Source of the DNA: Candidatus Thorarchaeota archaeon
GTDB taxonomy: Archaea > Asgardarchaeota > Thorarchaeia > Thorarchaeales > Thorarchaeaceae
NCBI GenBank assembly: GCA_048882325.1
Contig: JBHLRS010000027.1
Span: forward strand, 1-42,891
Length of the DNA stretch: 42,891 bases
Reading direction: 5' to 3'
In this document: piece by piece, positions 17,954-27,330 of the stretch
Layout: each line of letters starts with the position of its first letter
How positions within the stretch are numbered: the stretch's first letter is position 1
Program-made: the position numbers and the translations under genes
Notes under the pieces: generated by a model
What the model was told of the DNA's origin: nothing
The model's input: only the letters and a program-made list of their open reading frames with translations
The model's database searches: none

Positions 17954-18514
17954 CTAGACTATGTCCACCAGGACACGACCTTCTCTGACGAGACCCCAGG
18001 CCAAGAACTCGAGTTGTTTCCATCTTTCATAAGCAATTGCTTCTAGATTTTTGAGCTTACTAAAATAGAGAATCAGTACTAATCCATGAGAAACAATCAA
18101 GACATTCTTTCTATGGAACATAATATCCACTTTCTTGACTGAATCCTCAAATCGTCTGAGTGCAGATGCTCCGGACTCCCACCCTGGAACATTTCCTTCT
18201 GGATCACTGAGAGTTCGATAGACCTTCTCTGTATATTCCTCCTCTGTCAGTTTCCCTTGATGCTCTCGAACCAGTTCATCTAGACCTGAGAGTTGGTACA
18301 TTTGAACTTCAAGACCCTCAGCAAAGATCTCAGCTGTTTGCTTTGTTTTTTCTTCGCTTGAGTGGATGATACCATCAATTGCACTGAGTGTTTCAGAAGA
18401 GGCAAGCTCTCTCGTCAGTCGTGCCCCCTCAGCAGTGATCTGCCACTCCCGAGCTGGGATGGACAAGTCCACCTTGGTCTCAGCATGTCTCAAAAAATAT
18501 AGCGAGTTTGTCAA
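17954..18514 (-). CDS. Histidine phosphatase family protein
   Basis: LRHAET, SS...T.QTA, GWES, IVSHG. Confidence 0.9.
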   Translation of the reverse strand: MTNSLYFLRHAETKVDLSIPAREWQITAEGARLTRELASSETLSAIDGIIHSSEEKTKQTAEIFAEGLEVQMYQLSGLDELVREHQGKLTEEEYTEKVYRTLSDPEGNVPGWESGASALRRFEDSVKKVDIMFHRKNVLIVSHGLVLILYFSKLKNLEAIAYERWKQLEFLAWGLVREGRVLVDIV

Positions 18515-18812
18515 CCTGAATCATCCCTCAGTGCCATTCTTCATGAGCATCCCAAAGTGAATATGACTTCAAAAGGGGTGGGCGATAGTAAGAAGGCATT
18601 GGGTGTGGCAAACTAATGGAAGGTAAGTTTACCATGACTCCTCACGGACGCCCACGTCTTACTACTGGTACTTCTTGTACTAAAGGGTTCTCATATTAGG
18701 AAAAATCCTACCTAATCAGTTATGAGCATAGTCGATGAAGAGTAAGAGTGATATAGCAGTAAATTTGGATTAAGTATGTCAGCACTAGTTACATCTTGGA
18801 GGCAGACTTGAG

Positions 18813-19139
18813 GTGCAAACTGACGCCAGTGCAGCAATGTCAAAAGCTCGCAAGAGATTGGACCTAGTTCTATACTGGTACAAGCTTGTCACTGGAATGG
18901 TTTTTGGATTTTTGAGCTACATGATAATGAGAGTAAGTGATCTGACTTTCTTTCTCATTGTTCCTTTGCTTCTCTTTATAGCGCTACTTATCGCGCTGGG
19001 AATTGTGTATAACTATAACCAGAAACACCCAACGCAGTTCACGAAAAAGATGATTATCAAGAGGTCATTGATGTATACGGGAACATACTTCCTCGCGTTT
19101 CTTGCCCTGGCTACTTTGTCATTCTATTGGGGAGCATGA
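18813..19139 (+). CDS. Small membrane protein
   Basis: Three hydrophobic helices; ATGA overlap with the next gene. Confidence 0.7.
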   Translation: MQTDASAAMSKARKRLDLVLYWYKLVTGMVFGFLSYMIMRVSDLTFFLIVPLLLFIALLIALGIVYNYNQKHPTQFTKKMIIKRSLMYTGTYFLAFLALATLSFYWGA

Positions 19140-20422
19140 AGATGAAGCATCAAACACAATTGATTCTAGTATTGGCAATTATCGGGGTGGTTGCTTTACC
19201 TGTTTATTTTATCGTGATTCCGGCAAATCAACCAATAGGGTTACCTTTGGATGTAGACTATATCACTGAGGGCGATTATGCTGGAAACTTCTTGGTAACT
19301 GACAATATAGGCAAGATTCTGATTGTAGATACCGAACTCAATGTGCTCTGGGAGAGTGACGTGCCAGAGCGGTTTTGTCATGAAGCGGAAATCTTACCAG
19401 ATGGAAATATCATCGTAGCAGACACAGCAATTGGTCGTGTCATTGAAATTAACATTTCAGATCCGACAGATATTGTGTGGGAATGGGACCCGAGAAACTC
19501 GGCCGATATCAACTGGACGGAACTTGCTATCAGAGCTGGATGGAGTCAGAAAGCCATAAATTATGTCCAAAATCCGAAAGCGGATTGGGCGCACACCAAT
19601 GATGCTGAATGGATTAATGGCACAAAGCTAGGTCGACCCTATGACTCATTGATGATCTCATTACGTAACTTCAATCTCGTTCTTGAAATCAATTACACAG
19701 ACACAAAAGAGGTCATCTGGTGGTATGGAGAACCAGAGGACTATGACACTCTCAACCATCAACACAACCCAGATGTCAGAGAGAATGGCAATATCATAAT
19801 CTGCGACAGTGAAAATCGACGCATATTAGAAATCGATTATAACACAAAGGAAGTCGTATGGAAGTTCCGTCTTGATTTTCCATTTGGAGAGCTGAGATGG
19901 GCCAGGGATTGTGATGATATAGGTAATGATACATATATGATAACTGACTCGAACAATGGCCGAGTTTTTTTTGTGGATAGAGAAACAAAGACCATAGTGA
20001 AGGAGTTTGGTGGTTGGTATCTGATTCAACCGTACGAAGCAGATTATGTTGAGATTGACGGTAAAGATTGGATTCTGGTTGGAGACTCGCCCTCAACTGC
20101 AATCACGCTGATCGATCCTGAGAGTGATACGTTTATTGTCTATGGATTTCCGAGTATCCCCAACTATCTCAGACTGTTTGTGGGTCTCTTCTCGACATAT
20201 TACACTTTCATGTTCATCTCGCAGTTCTTGGCCGTGAAGAATCAATCTGTTATTAATAGACTAAAGAAACCAAGCGTCTATCGAGAATTTACCTACCTTA
20301 TCCTAACAATCGTCTTACTAATTTTCGGAGGTTCACTCTACCGCTATCTAGTGGAATTTGGCCTTTGGGAAATCATGGATAACGCAATACACAATTGGGC
20401 TGTTTCAGGCAGTGTAATCTAA
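19136..20422 (+). CDS. Membrane-anchored beta-propeller, arylsulfate sulfotransferase-like
   Basis: HEAE, WAHTND, ISLRN, HQHNPD, WARDCD; N- and C-terminal TM helices. Confidence 0.8.
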   Translation: MKMKHQTQLILVLAIIGVVALPVYFIVIPANQPIGLPLDVDYITEGDYAGNFLVTDNIGKILIVDTELNVLWESDVPERFCHEAEILPDGNIIVADTAIGRVIEINISDPTDIVWEWDPRNSADINWTELAIRAGWSQKAINYVQNPKADWAHTNDAEWINGTKLGRPYDSLMISLRNFNLVLEINYTDTKEVIWWYGEPEDYDTLNHQHNPDVRENGNIIICDSENRRILEIDYNTKEVVWKFRLDFPFGELRWARDCDDIGNDTYMITDSNNGRVFFVDRETKTIVKEFGGWYLIQPYEADYVEIDGKDWILVGDSPSTAITLIDPESDTFIVYGFPSIPNYLRLFVGLFSTYYTFMFISQFLAVKNQSVINRLKKPSVYREFTYLILTIVLLIFGGSLYRYLVEFGLWEIMDNAIHNWAVSGSVI

Positions 20423-20865
20423 ACACCAATCTTTACCACGGATTCGAAATCACTCACAACATAGATTTTGTCGATTGCAACTCTCATAATCGCACAATCG
20501 GGAAAACTCACGAAATCTGTCAGAACAGGATGTTGGTCTACTAGCAGTGATGCATAATCGTTACGCGTTGGACCTTTCACATCTACTGCTGAACCTATGA
20601 TAGTAATCGAAGTTGTTTCATTAAAGTCATTGTTCTGTTCGTTTCTATCATCAATCATTAGTGTGACTCTAGGGTTTGCTGCCATATTCTTGTACTTGAG
20701 TCTCTGTCGCATAGTAGCGAATACTAGTTCCCTCATACCCTCTGTCACTACAAAGCCCACAAGGCTGGAATATGGTTCATTGTCCTTGGATGTACCAAGA
20801 ACTGCAATGCTTTGAGATGCAAGCACCTTCTCGATTCGTTTCATCACTTCGGGATTGATTTCCAT
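20419..20865 (-). CDS. Pyridoxamine 5'-phosphate oxidase-like FMN-binding protein
   Basis: AVLGT....PY.SLV, FAT....KY.N..NPRV; true start probably MEINPE at 20865. Confidence 0.85.
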   Translation of the reverse strand: MEINPEVMKRIEKVLASQSIAVLGTSKDNEPYSSLVGFVVTEGMRELVFATMRQRLKYKNMAANPRVTLMIDDRNEQNNDFNETTSITIIGSAVDVKGPTRNDYASLLVDQHPVLTDFVSFPDCAIMRVAIDKIYVVSDFESVVKIGV

Positions 20866-20944
20866 GATAATTCCCCATATTTCTTGATGTCTGATTAGAC
20901 CTATGTAAATATTGAAAACTATCGTTAATATGTTTCGCGTCATT

Positions 20945-21403
20945 ATGACAAAGAAATTTCCACCCGTGAAAGGGGACAATCTGAATGGGCAGACCATCCA
21001 AATTCCCGAAAATCTCAAGGGGGAGGTTAATGTTCTCCTAGTTCCATTTCAAATGTGGCAACAAGATTTAGTCAATAGTTGGGTTCCGTTTCTTGAGCAC
21101 CTTATGCAAAACAACTCTCGATTTGACTACTATGAACTTCCAACCATCAGAAAGATGAACTTCCTCGCCAGAAGAATAATCGATGGGGGGATGCGTGGGG
21201 GGATTCCTTCAAGAGATACACGAGGACGTACCGTAACGCTATACATTGATAAGGTCCCCTTCAAGGATGCATTGGAAATTCCAACAGAGAATACACTTTA
21301 TCTCTATCTGGTTGACCGAGAAGGTACTATTCTATGGGAAGACTCTGGAGGAATCACTGATGAGAAAGCTACCTCACTAGCAGAGGCTCTGAAAGTAGAG
21401 TGA
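20945..21403 (+). CDS. Thioredoxin-like fold protein (ATP10-related)
   Basis: FP.....L.G....P, Q..V.SW, YLVD..G.I.W...G. Confidence 0.65.
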   Translation: MTKKFPPVKGDNLNGQTIQIPENLKGEVNVLLVPFQMWQQDLVNSWVPFLEHLMQNNSRFDYYELPTIRKMNFLARRIIDGGMRGGIPSRDTRGRTVTLYIDKVPFKDALEIPTENTLYLYLVDREGTILWEDSGGITDEKATSLAEALKVE

Positions 21404-21419
21404 AGCAGTAATGTACTGC

Positions 21420-22442
21420 TTAGCTGGTGCTAATATCATTCCGTGTCTTGATAATCGCGAAGAGAGCACTAAGAAGTACTAACGTAGGACCTACAAGTAA
21501 ACCCGCCCAGAGAAATGGCGATATCATTCCTATGAGTAGCAATCGTAATTGCTTTGATCTAATGCTTCGCCAATTCTCCGCAAGTACTAATCTTATTGTA
21601 AACACTCCTAAAAGGATAGGAAGAATCCCAAAGAGAGTTGAGATAATTATCTGAAGGTTGATAGTAAACAGTGCAGCAAGAATTATTTGATAGAAGATTG
21701 TGACACCACTTCCAATGAAGAGAAGTGCACCTAATGCAACTATCCAGCTAATCCCGTTTTTCAGTTCCCTAATTTCCTCCTTCTGAGTCCAAAGTATTCC
21801 CAAACCGACAACAAGTGTCGCAATCATTGGAGCAAGAATTGAAAGGAAACTCTGACCATTCCATAGATGAATTGTCATAACACTAAATGGAACAAAGAGC
21901 CATTCTGTAAGTGTGAATGATTCGACATATCCCAAAGCAACAGAAAACGAACCTTTGTTGTCTTCATCGTAGACTGCAAAATAATACTCGCCTGTGGCCG
22001 GAGCGAGCATATCAATATCGATTAATGTGTAGAAGCTCGTCGGTGTAAAACCTTCATACTCAGGTGTTGCTAATTCACTTTCTAAAATCATCACACCAGC
22101 AGATTCTGGTATCTCCAAAACACTGGGAATCGAACTTGAGTTCGAAATTCCAGGACCCATAAGAGCAATAGACGGATTGAAAGTCGCTGGCTCTGTCTTG
22201 GCCGGAATTGAAAGCAACATTCTGATTCTTGTTCCGGCGTCTATTTCAAACGCGAAATATTGCGGATGTCCGTCTCCATGAAGCTGAGAATAAATCACCC
22301 AACTCTTAGTGGGATCCCCAATGAAGAATGCAGTTTCCAATGTTTCTCCATCTTGCGCGGATATCGGGACATGAGCCGCGATGGTTGGTATCAAGAGGGA
22401 AAGTGCAATTAAGATTGTCACTGCGAAAATAGTTGTTCTCAT
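21420..22442 (-). CDS. Membrane protein with exported N-terminal domain
   Basis: Signal peptide ending AA|HVP; about five C-terminal TM helices; ATG 22442. Confidence 0.75.
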   Translation of the reverse strand: MRTTIFAVTILIALSLLIPTIAAHVPISAQDGETLETAFFIGDPTKSWVIYSQLHGDGHPQYFAFEIDAGTRIRMLLSIPAKTEPATFNPSIALMGPGISNSSSIPSVLEIPESAGVMILESELATPEYEGFTPTSFYTLIDIDMLAPATGEYYFAVYDEDNKGSFSVALGYVESFTLTEWLFVPFSVMTIHLWNGQSFLSILAPMIATLVVGLGILWTQKEEIRELKNGISWIVALGALLFIGSGVTIFYQIILAALFTINLQIIISTLFGILPILLGVFTIRLVLAENWRSIRSKQLRLLLIGMISPFLWAGLLVGPTLVLLSALFAIIKTRNDISTS

Positions 22443-22450
22443 AATCGAAT

Positions 22451-22470
22451 ATATTAACAATTGTTAATAT
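22451..22470. promoter_or_regulatory. Perfect 20-bp palindrome ATATTAACAATTGTTAATAT
   Basis: Lies between the TATA-like box and the start codon of the 21420-22442 gene. Confidence 0.65.
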
Positions 22471-22578
22471 TATATTTTGGGTCTGTCATATTCACTCAGG
22501 ACTGGTCGGGATGACAAGTACGGAACAAAAATCGAGATTCTGCAGAATCTAGTCTGCAGAACTCTACTTCTTTTGACA

Positions 22579-24642
22579 CTATGCAGCCTTACTTCCAGGT
22601 GGAAGCTCATCTAGCTTGACTGGCACCCAAGCGCCTTCTTCGTCAGCCCTTTCCACGGCTAGAATCATTCCGTGACTCTCTATGCCGCCAATCTTCTTTG
22701 GTTCGAGATTGACTAGGAAGAGAGCTGTAAGACCCTCAAGGTCCTCTGGTTTGTAGAGATGTCCAAGCCCTGTCGCCATGGTGCGCTTCTCTGAACCGAT
22801 GTCAACCTCAATCTTGAGGAGCCGGTCTTTGCCTTTTACCTTCTCACACTTCACAATCTTACCTGCTCGCAGGTCAATCTTCTGGAAGTCGTCAAATGTT
22901 ATAGCGTCTTTAATTGGTGCCAATTTCAGTTTCACCTCTCCCGATGCTGCTGCACTTACCGCAGCCACACGGTCACTGATGATTTGCCTGAGTTCGACTA
23001 TGAGCTCTTCATCTATCTTGGAGATCACTGGTTTTGGTTTGACAATTTTTGTTCCTTTCTCAGGAGGTGTAAGAGCATCCTCGAGCAGAGCTTCGTGGAC
23101 TGTAGTAACTTCGTAACCCAGTTGCGTCCATATTGCTTCTGCAGCTGATGGTAGGAACGGTTCAACGAAGATAGCTAACGCCTTTGAAAGGGCGAGAGCA
23201 TTGAAGAGGACATCTCCGGTCTTTTCTTTGTCTTCTTTGACTAATTTCCACGGTTGTTGGGACTGGAAATACTCGTTTCCAACAGATGCAATTCTCAATA
23301 CCTCGTCAGCCACTTTCTTCAATTCATACTCGTTCACAGCGGCTGTAATAGTCTCAATAGCAGTTTCAAGCTCCTTCTTCAGGTTTGGATTGAGTGTGCC
23401 CTTCGGCACTTCACCAAAGTGTTTGTGAGTGAAGTGTATGGCTCGATAGAGGAAGTTACCCAAGGTAGCTACAAGCTCGTTGTTCACCTTCTCGGCGAAC
23501 GCATCCCAGCTGAAGTCCAAGTCCTTCGTTTGCGATGTGTATGAGGCTATGTAATATCGAAGATAGTCAGGGTCAAGACCCCTGTCAAGATAGTCATCTT
23601 CAACCCACACCACATAGCCGCGACTGCGACTGAAGTTGTGACCTTCGATCTTGACCATTCCTGATGCAACAATAGCGAATGGTAGATTATAGCCACTGCC
23701 CTTCAGCATGGCAGGCCAGAATATGCAGTGATGCTGGACTATATCCAGACCGATGTAGTGAACCAGTCGACCGTCACCGGGTTTCCAGTACTTCTCCCAT
23801 TCATCGGGCTTACCGATCTTCTTTGCCCACTGCTCTGTGCTCGACATGTAGCCAATCGGTGCGTCAACCCAGACATAGAGGACGAGTGAATCGTCTCCAG
23901 GGAACTTGATTCCCCAGTCGAGGTCTCGTGTGATGCACCAATCTCTGAGACCCTCTTTGACCCACCCAAGGGCGAAGTTCCTTGCATTCTTGGTACCGTC
24001 CACGGTCTGCAGGTACTCTCCGATGAAGTCCTCAAAAGCACTCAGTCGAAGAAATTGGTGTTTCCGGGTGATTGGTCGTGTGGGGTTTCCGCACACTGCG
24101 CATCTCGGGTTCAGGATCAGACCGGGTTCGATGTATCTGCCACAGCCCTGGTCACACTCATCTCCGCGAGCATCTGAGCCACAGTAGGGACATTCACCCC
24201 GAACGAAACGGTCAGGTTGAGACCGACCGCATGTATCGCAGAACGGAGTTTCAATCTCTTTTGCATAGATGTGTCCATTGTCCACGAGTGTCTGGACAAT
24301 CTGAATGGTCCGGTTGTGGTTCTCCTCATTGTCTGTATGTCCATAGTTGTCAAAGAAGATGTTGAGTCGGGGGAAAGTGTCCTTCAGAATTTTGTGGTAT
24401 TTCTGGTAGGTCTCTTTCGGAGTAAGACCCTCTATTTCAGCCTGCACGATGACAGGTGTACCGTGGGTGTCAGACCCACACACAAAGGTGACATCCACTC
24501 GCATCTTCTTCAGGAGTCTGACAAATACGTCTGCTGGCACGTAGGTCCTGAGGTGACCGATGTGCATTGGACCGCTTGCATATGGTAGTCCGCATGTTAC
24601 AAGCACTGGGTCTTTTGTTGGATAGTTATTCAGTTTAGTCAC
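22579..24642 (-). CDS. metG: Methionyl-tRNA synthetase with C-terminal tRNA-binding domain
   Basis: LPYA.G..HIGH, zinc knuckles, RDW.I.RDL.WG, YVW.DA, FSRS (KMSKS equivalent), OB tRNA-binding domain. Confidence 0.98.
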   Translation of the reverse strand: MTKLNNYPTKDPVLVTCGLPYASGPMHIGHLRTYVPADVFVRLLKKMRVDVTFVCGSDTHGTPVIVQAEIEGLTPKETYQKYHKILKDTFPRLNIFFDNYGHTDNEENHNRTIQIVQTLVDNGHIYAKEIETPFCDTCGRSQPDRFVRGECPYCGSDARGDECDQGCGRYIEPGLILNPRCAVCGNPTRPITRKHQFLRLSAFEDFIGEYLQTVDGTKNARNFALGWVKEGLRDWCITRDLDWGIKFPGDDSLVLYVWVDAPIGYMSSTEQWAKKIGKPDEWEKYWKPGDGRLVHYIGLDIVQHHCIFWPAMLKGSGYNLPFAIVASGMVKIEGHNFSRSRGYVVWVEDDYLDRGLDPDYLRYYIASYTSQTKDLDFSWDAFAEKVNNELVATLGNFLYRAIHFTHKHFGEVPKGTLNPNLKKELETAIETITAAVNEYELKKVADEVLRIASVGNEYFQSQQPWKLVKEDKEKTGDVLFNALALSKALAIFVEPFLPSAAEAIWTQLGYEVTTVHEALLEDALTPPEKGTKIVKPKPVISKIDEELIVELRQIISDRVAAVSAAASGEVKLKLAPIKDAITFDDFQKIDLRAGKIVKCEKVKGKDRLLKIEVDIGSEKRTMATGLGHLYKPEDLEGLTALFLVNLEPKKIGGIESHGMILAVERADEEGAWVPVKLDELPPGSKAA

Positions 24643-24858
24643 ACTCCTGTTAATATTGATAACCTACTCCAAAGTGATGCGGAAACTCTGCAGAAAATGT
24701 GAGATACTCTACTCTGAGGTGTCTCGCATAAGCGACCTTTGAAACAAGTGTTCTGTCGTTTCTTTCGTTGAGTTCTTTTCCCGCCTTCAATAAAGTAGGT
24801 TATCGCTTCAGCGCGGTCTACGGATATAACTCTAACGATAATTCGTAAAGAAGATTGG

Positions 24859-24900
24859 AAAAAAAAAGAAACTGAGGCTCCTTGTAGAAAGAAGCCCCAG
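24859..24900 (-). terminator. Hairpin plus poly-T terminator
   Basis: CTGGGGCTTC/GGAGCCTCAG followed by TTTCTTTTTTTTT. Confidence 0.75.
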
Positions 24901-24912
24901 TTTGTAACCACA

Positions 24913-26274
24913 TTACCACCAGAGAAGCATCACATGGTTGCTAGTTCCTTCGTCTAACACTGTACTGCTGTCACCTTTTGTAAGGACCCAGCAGTCTGAT
25001 GTCCCAGGGCCCAGCCAGATCGCCGCAATATCGGCTTCCAAATCAGCAATGTCATTCAGGACCAGAATCCACCCACTAACTGTATCTCCGAAAATGCCAG
25101 TGAGAATACCTGCCTCTCCACTTCCACTAATGGTGTTACTGACAAGTCGTAGGTCCTGCACACCATTACCAACGATGCCCCAAGCATAAGAACCGCCCAA
25201 TACAATATCATTCTGATAAGCAAAGACTGATACTCCCTCTACCTCTCCCGGCACAGCAAGCCAGTCGTCAATCCAGATCCCATTCGAGTAACCAGGCACT
25301 TCGACATGATTGTGATGGATATAAGCCCGACCTGGTTCTAAGCTAGAAGCGTACATACCATTTGCCAGATAGATACCGTACCAACCACCCTCTCCGACCG
25401 AAACATCGTTGAATGCCACCTCCGCTTGTGAGTTGTAGAGGTCATAGATCTCAGGACCTATCATGGTATTGACGTATGTGTTTCGTACAATCTGAATACG
25501 CGAATCCACTGATTGGCCAGGTACGACACTTGAGCCTAGGCTGTTCTCGAAGTGACATCCCTCAATCACAAACGTGCCACTGATCCTCTCATTCGCGAAG
25601 GTATCAATATTGAAGCGACCCTGAATGAATAGTCCATTCTGGATGCTAAAGCCGAATACACCATAAATCTCACCGATGTCACCCAAGAACTCAAGATTCT
25701 TGGCAGTCACGTCGAAGTGGGATACGGTCTCTTCGTTCCACTCATCGACGACTTTACCCGTGATTTCGATTGGGTTCATAGCCCTGAAACCACCAGCATA
25801 TTCTGGCAACCACAATTCAGTCGGGTATTCTACCGTCACTGTGAAGTCGCTCAGCTGTATCTTGTATGGGTGTCTATGGGTGCTGGTGGAATACTCATCC
25901 TGATAAAACATTAACATTCGTGGATTCTCAAAACCAAGATTGGCTGGGTCCTGCAATGGAAAGTTATCTATACTATGAAGAACTGTCTTTCCAGTCCCAG
26001 AACCTTTGAATGTCCCATCAAAGTTGACACCAACGAGTGTTTCACACAGATAGAAGTCACCTTCTTCAAGAAGGACTGTTCCCTTACCTGCGGCAATCAC
26101 GTCATCTATCGCTTGTTGAATATTCGCAGTGTCTGTTACTCCAGTCGTGTCACCTGATGGAGCGACTACGAATGCATGGCTTCCGTAATGTCTCCCGGTC
26201 ACTGGACCAACGATGGACATACAAAATGCAAAACACAGAGCCACCGCTAGTATTCTCATTCTGTTTTGTTCCAA
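24913..26274 (-). CDS. Secreted right-handed parallel beta-helix protein
   Basis: DT..IQ.AID, GTV.L..G.F, G.G...TVL, repeated ..N.I.. strands; start probably TTG 26274 (GGAGGAG SD) or ATG 26259. Confidence 0.85.
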   Translation of the reverse strand: MEQNRMRILAVALCFAFCMSIVGPVTGRHYGSHAFVVAPSGDTTGVTDTANIQQAIDDVIAAGKGTVLLEEGDFYLCETLVGVNFDGTFKGSGTGKTVLHSIDNFPLQDPANLGFENPRMLMFYQDEYSTSTHRHPYKIQLSDFTVTVEYPTELWLPEYAGGFRAMNPIEITGKVVDEWNEETVSHFDVTAKNLEFLGDIGEIYGVFGFSIQNGLFIQGRFNIDTFANERISGTFVIEGCHFENSLGSSVVPGQSVDSRIQIVRNTYVNTMIGPEIYDLYNSQAEVAFNDVSVGEGGWYGIYLANGMYASSLEPGRAYIHHNHVEVPGYSNGIWIDDWLAVPGEVEGVSVFAYQNDIVLGGSYAWGIVGNGVQDLRLVSNTISGSGEAGILTGIFGDTVSGWILVLNDIADLEADIAAIWLGPGTSDCWVLTKGDSSTVLDEGTSNHVMLLWW

Positions 26275-26341
26275 ATTCTCTCCTCCTGCATCCCTACTCG
26301 AAACCGTAGGGAGTACCACATGTTGCTCTACAGTAGTCATC

Positions 26342-26427
26342 GTCAATCAAGACTCGCCTCATACAACGAGTCGTAACCCCGGGGCCAAAGTTAGTCTTCG
26401 TAACCTTTATTGTGTAATATTATTACA
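26342..26427 (-). promoter_or_regulatory. Conserved 5' leader element, copy 1
   Basis: 64/86 manual identity to 38860-38945; includes TGTAATA-T-TATTACA. Confidence 0.75.
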
Positions 26428-26552
26428 TGTCATCCTGTAACTTAAGTGTCTCTGAAAACCAAAATAGTCTTTGAACAAAAGCGTGTTGAGATTGGCGCTG
26501 TTGATAATCTTAAAGAGCGACCAAATCTCCAACGCGAACTGGCTGACACATA

Positions 26553-26951
26553 ATGACTGGGAGAGTAGGACCTTCCATTGAATTGGAATCACCCCTAGGG
26601 ATTGCCAACATGGTCCAGGTATTGTCCGCGATACTGATAATTGGCGGAACACTCTATTGTGGACCACCGAACTCTGAGATGCTCTGGTTAATCGTTGTAG
26701 GAGTTCTCTATACAATTGGGTTTGTCCAACTGTTAATGACAAGATATCTTATGCAGAGAGAAAAGAGCAGCATTGAAGGTGCGATCATTGTTGCAATGCT
26801 AGCGATGCTTTTCTCTTTTGTAGATGCACTCGTTTGGGGTATCGTGATTGGCCAATTGATACCTACAGTGCTCTACTTGATTATCTTTGCCATCAATGTA
26901 CCAAACACCAGCGTTCTTAGGAAGCAAAGGAATCTACTGGGAGCTTTCTAG
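26553..26951 (+). CDS. Four-TM membrane protein
   Basis: Four hydrophobic helices. Confidence 0.7.
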   Translation: MTGRVGPSIELESPLGIANMVQVLSAILIIGGTLYCGPPNSEMLWLIVVGVLYTIGFVQLLMTRYLMQREKSSIEGAIIVAMLAMLFSFVDALVWGIVIGQLIPTVLYLIIFAINVPNTSVLRKQRNLLGAF

Positions 26952-26988
26952 ATACAATCGGATCATTGAAACAAAAGAGGTTAAGGTC

Positions 26989-27330
26989 CTACTCGCAACA
27001 GCTTGTGCCACCAGCGTTGCTCTCTGATACGGGCCCAACAGCTGTATCCTGACAACCACTCTGACGTTTCCTTGCCTGATTCCAGACACAACCACAACCT
27101 AGATTCATAACTGTGATAGCCCCACCTAGACAATTCTTGGCACATGCAGTGCAATTTGTGCAGTCTTCTGGTCTAGCAACGACAGCTGGCCCTTCCGCGG
27201 GGAGTTCCCACACATTGAATCCACATACCTCAAGACAATTGCCGCACCTGTTGCACTTTGTTGGGTCATAAGAAAAATCAGTCCGTCCCGAGTCCGAGAT
27301 TGTTGTCACAAGTGTCATTTTCTTCACCAT
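26989..27330 (-). CDS. hgcB: HgcB-like 2x[4Fe-4S] ferredoxin
   Basis: CNRCGNCLEVC, CTNCTACAKNC, GCGC, C-terminal CC; adjoins the hgcA-like gene; start may be 27318. Confidence 0.7.
   Translation of the reverse strand: MVKKMTLVTTISDSGRTDFSYDPTKCNRCGNCLEVCGFNVWELPAEGPAVVARPEDCTNCTACAKNCLGGAITVMNLGCGCVWNQARKRQSGCQDTAVGPVSESNAGGTSCCE

Noticed and set aside
20866-21018. N-terminal extension of the 199-aa track ORF
   Set aside because: It overlaps the divergent gene and the shared promoter; the domain begins at MEINPE
22535-22561. Double TCTGCAGA palindrome after metG
   Set aside because: Most simply a 3' hairpin/terminator; no further evidence
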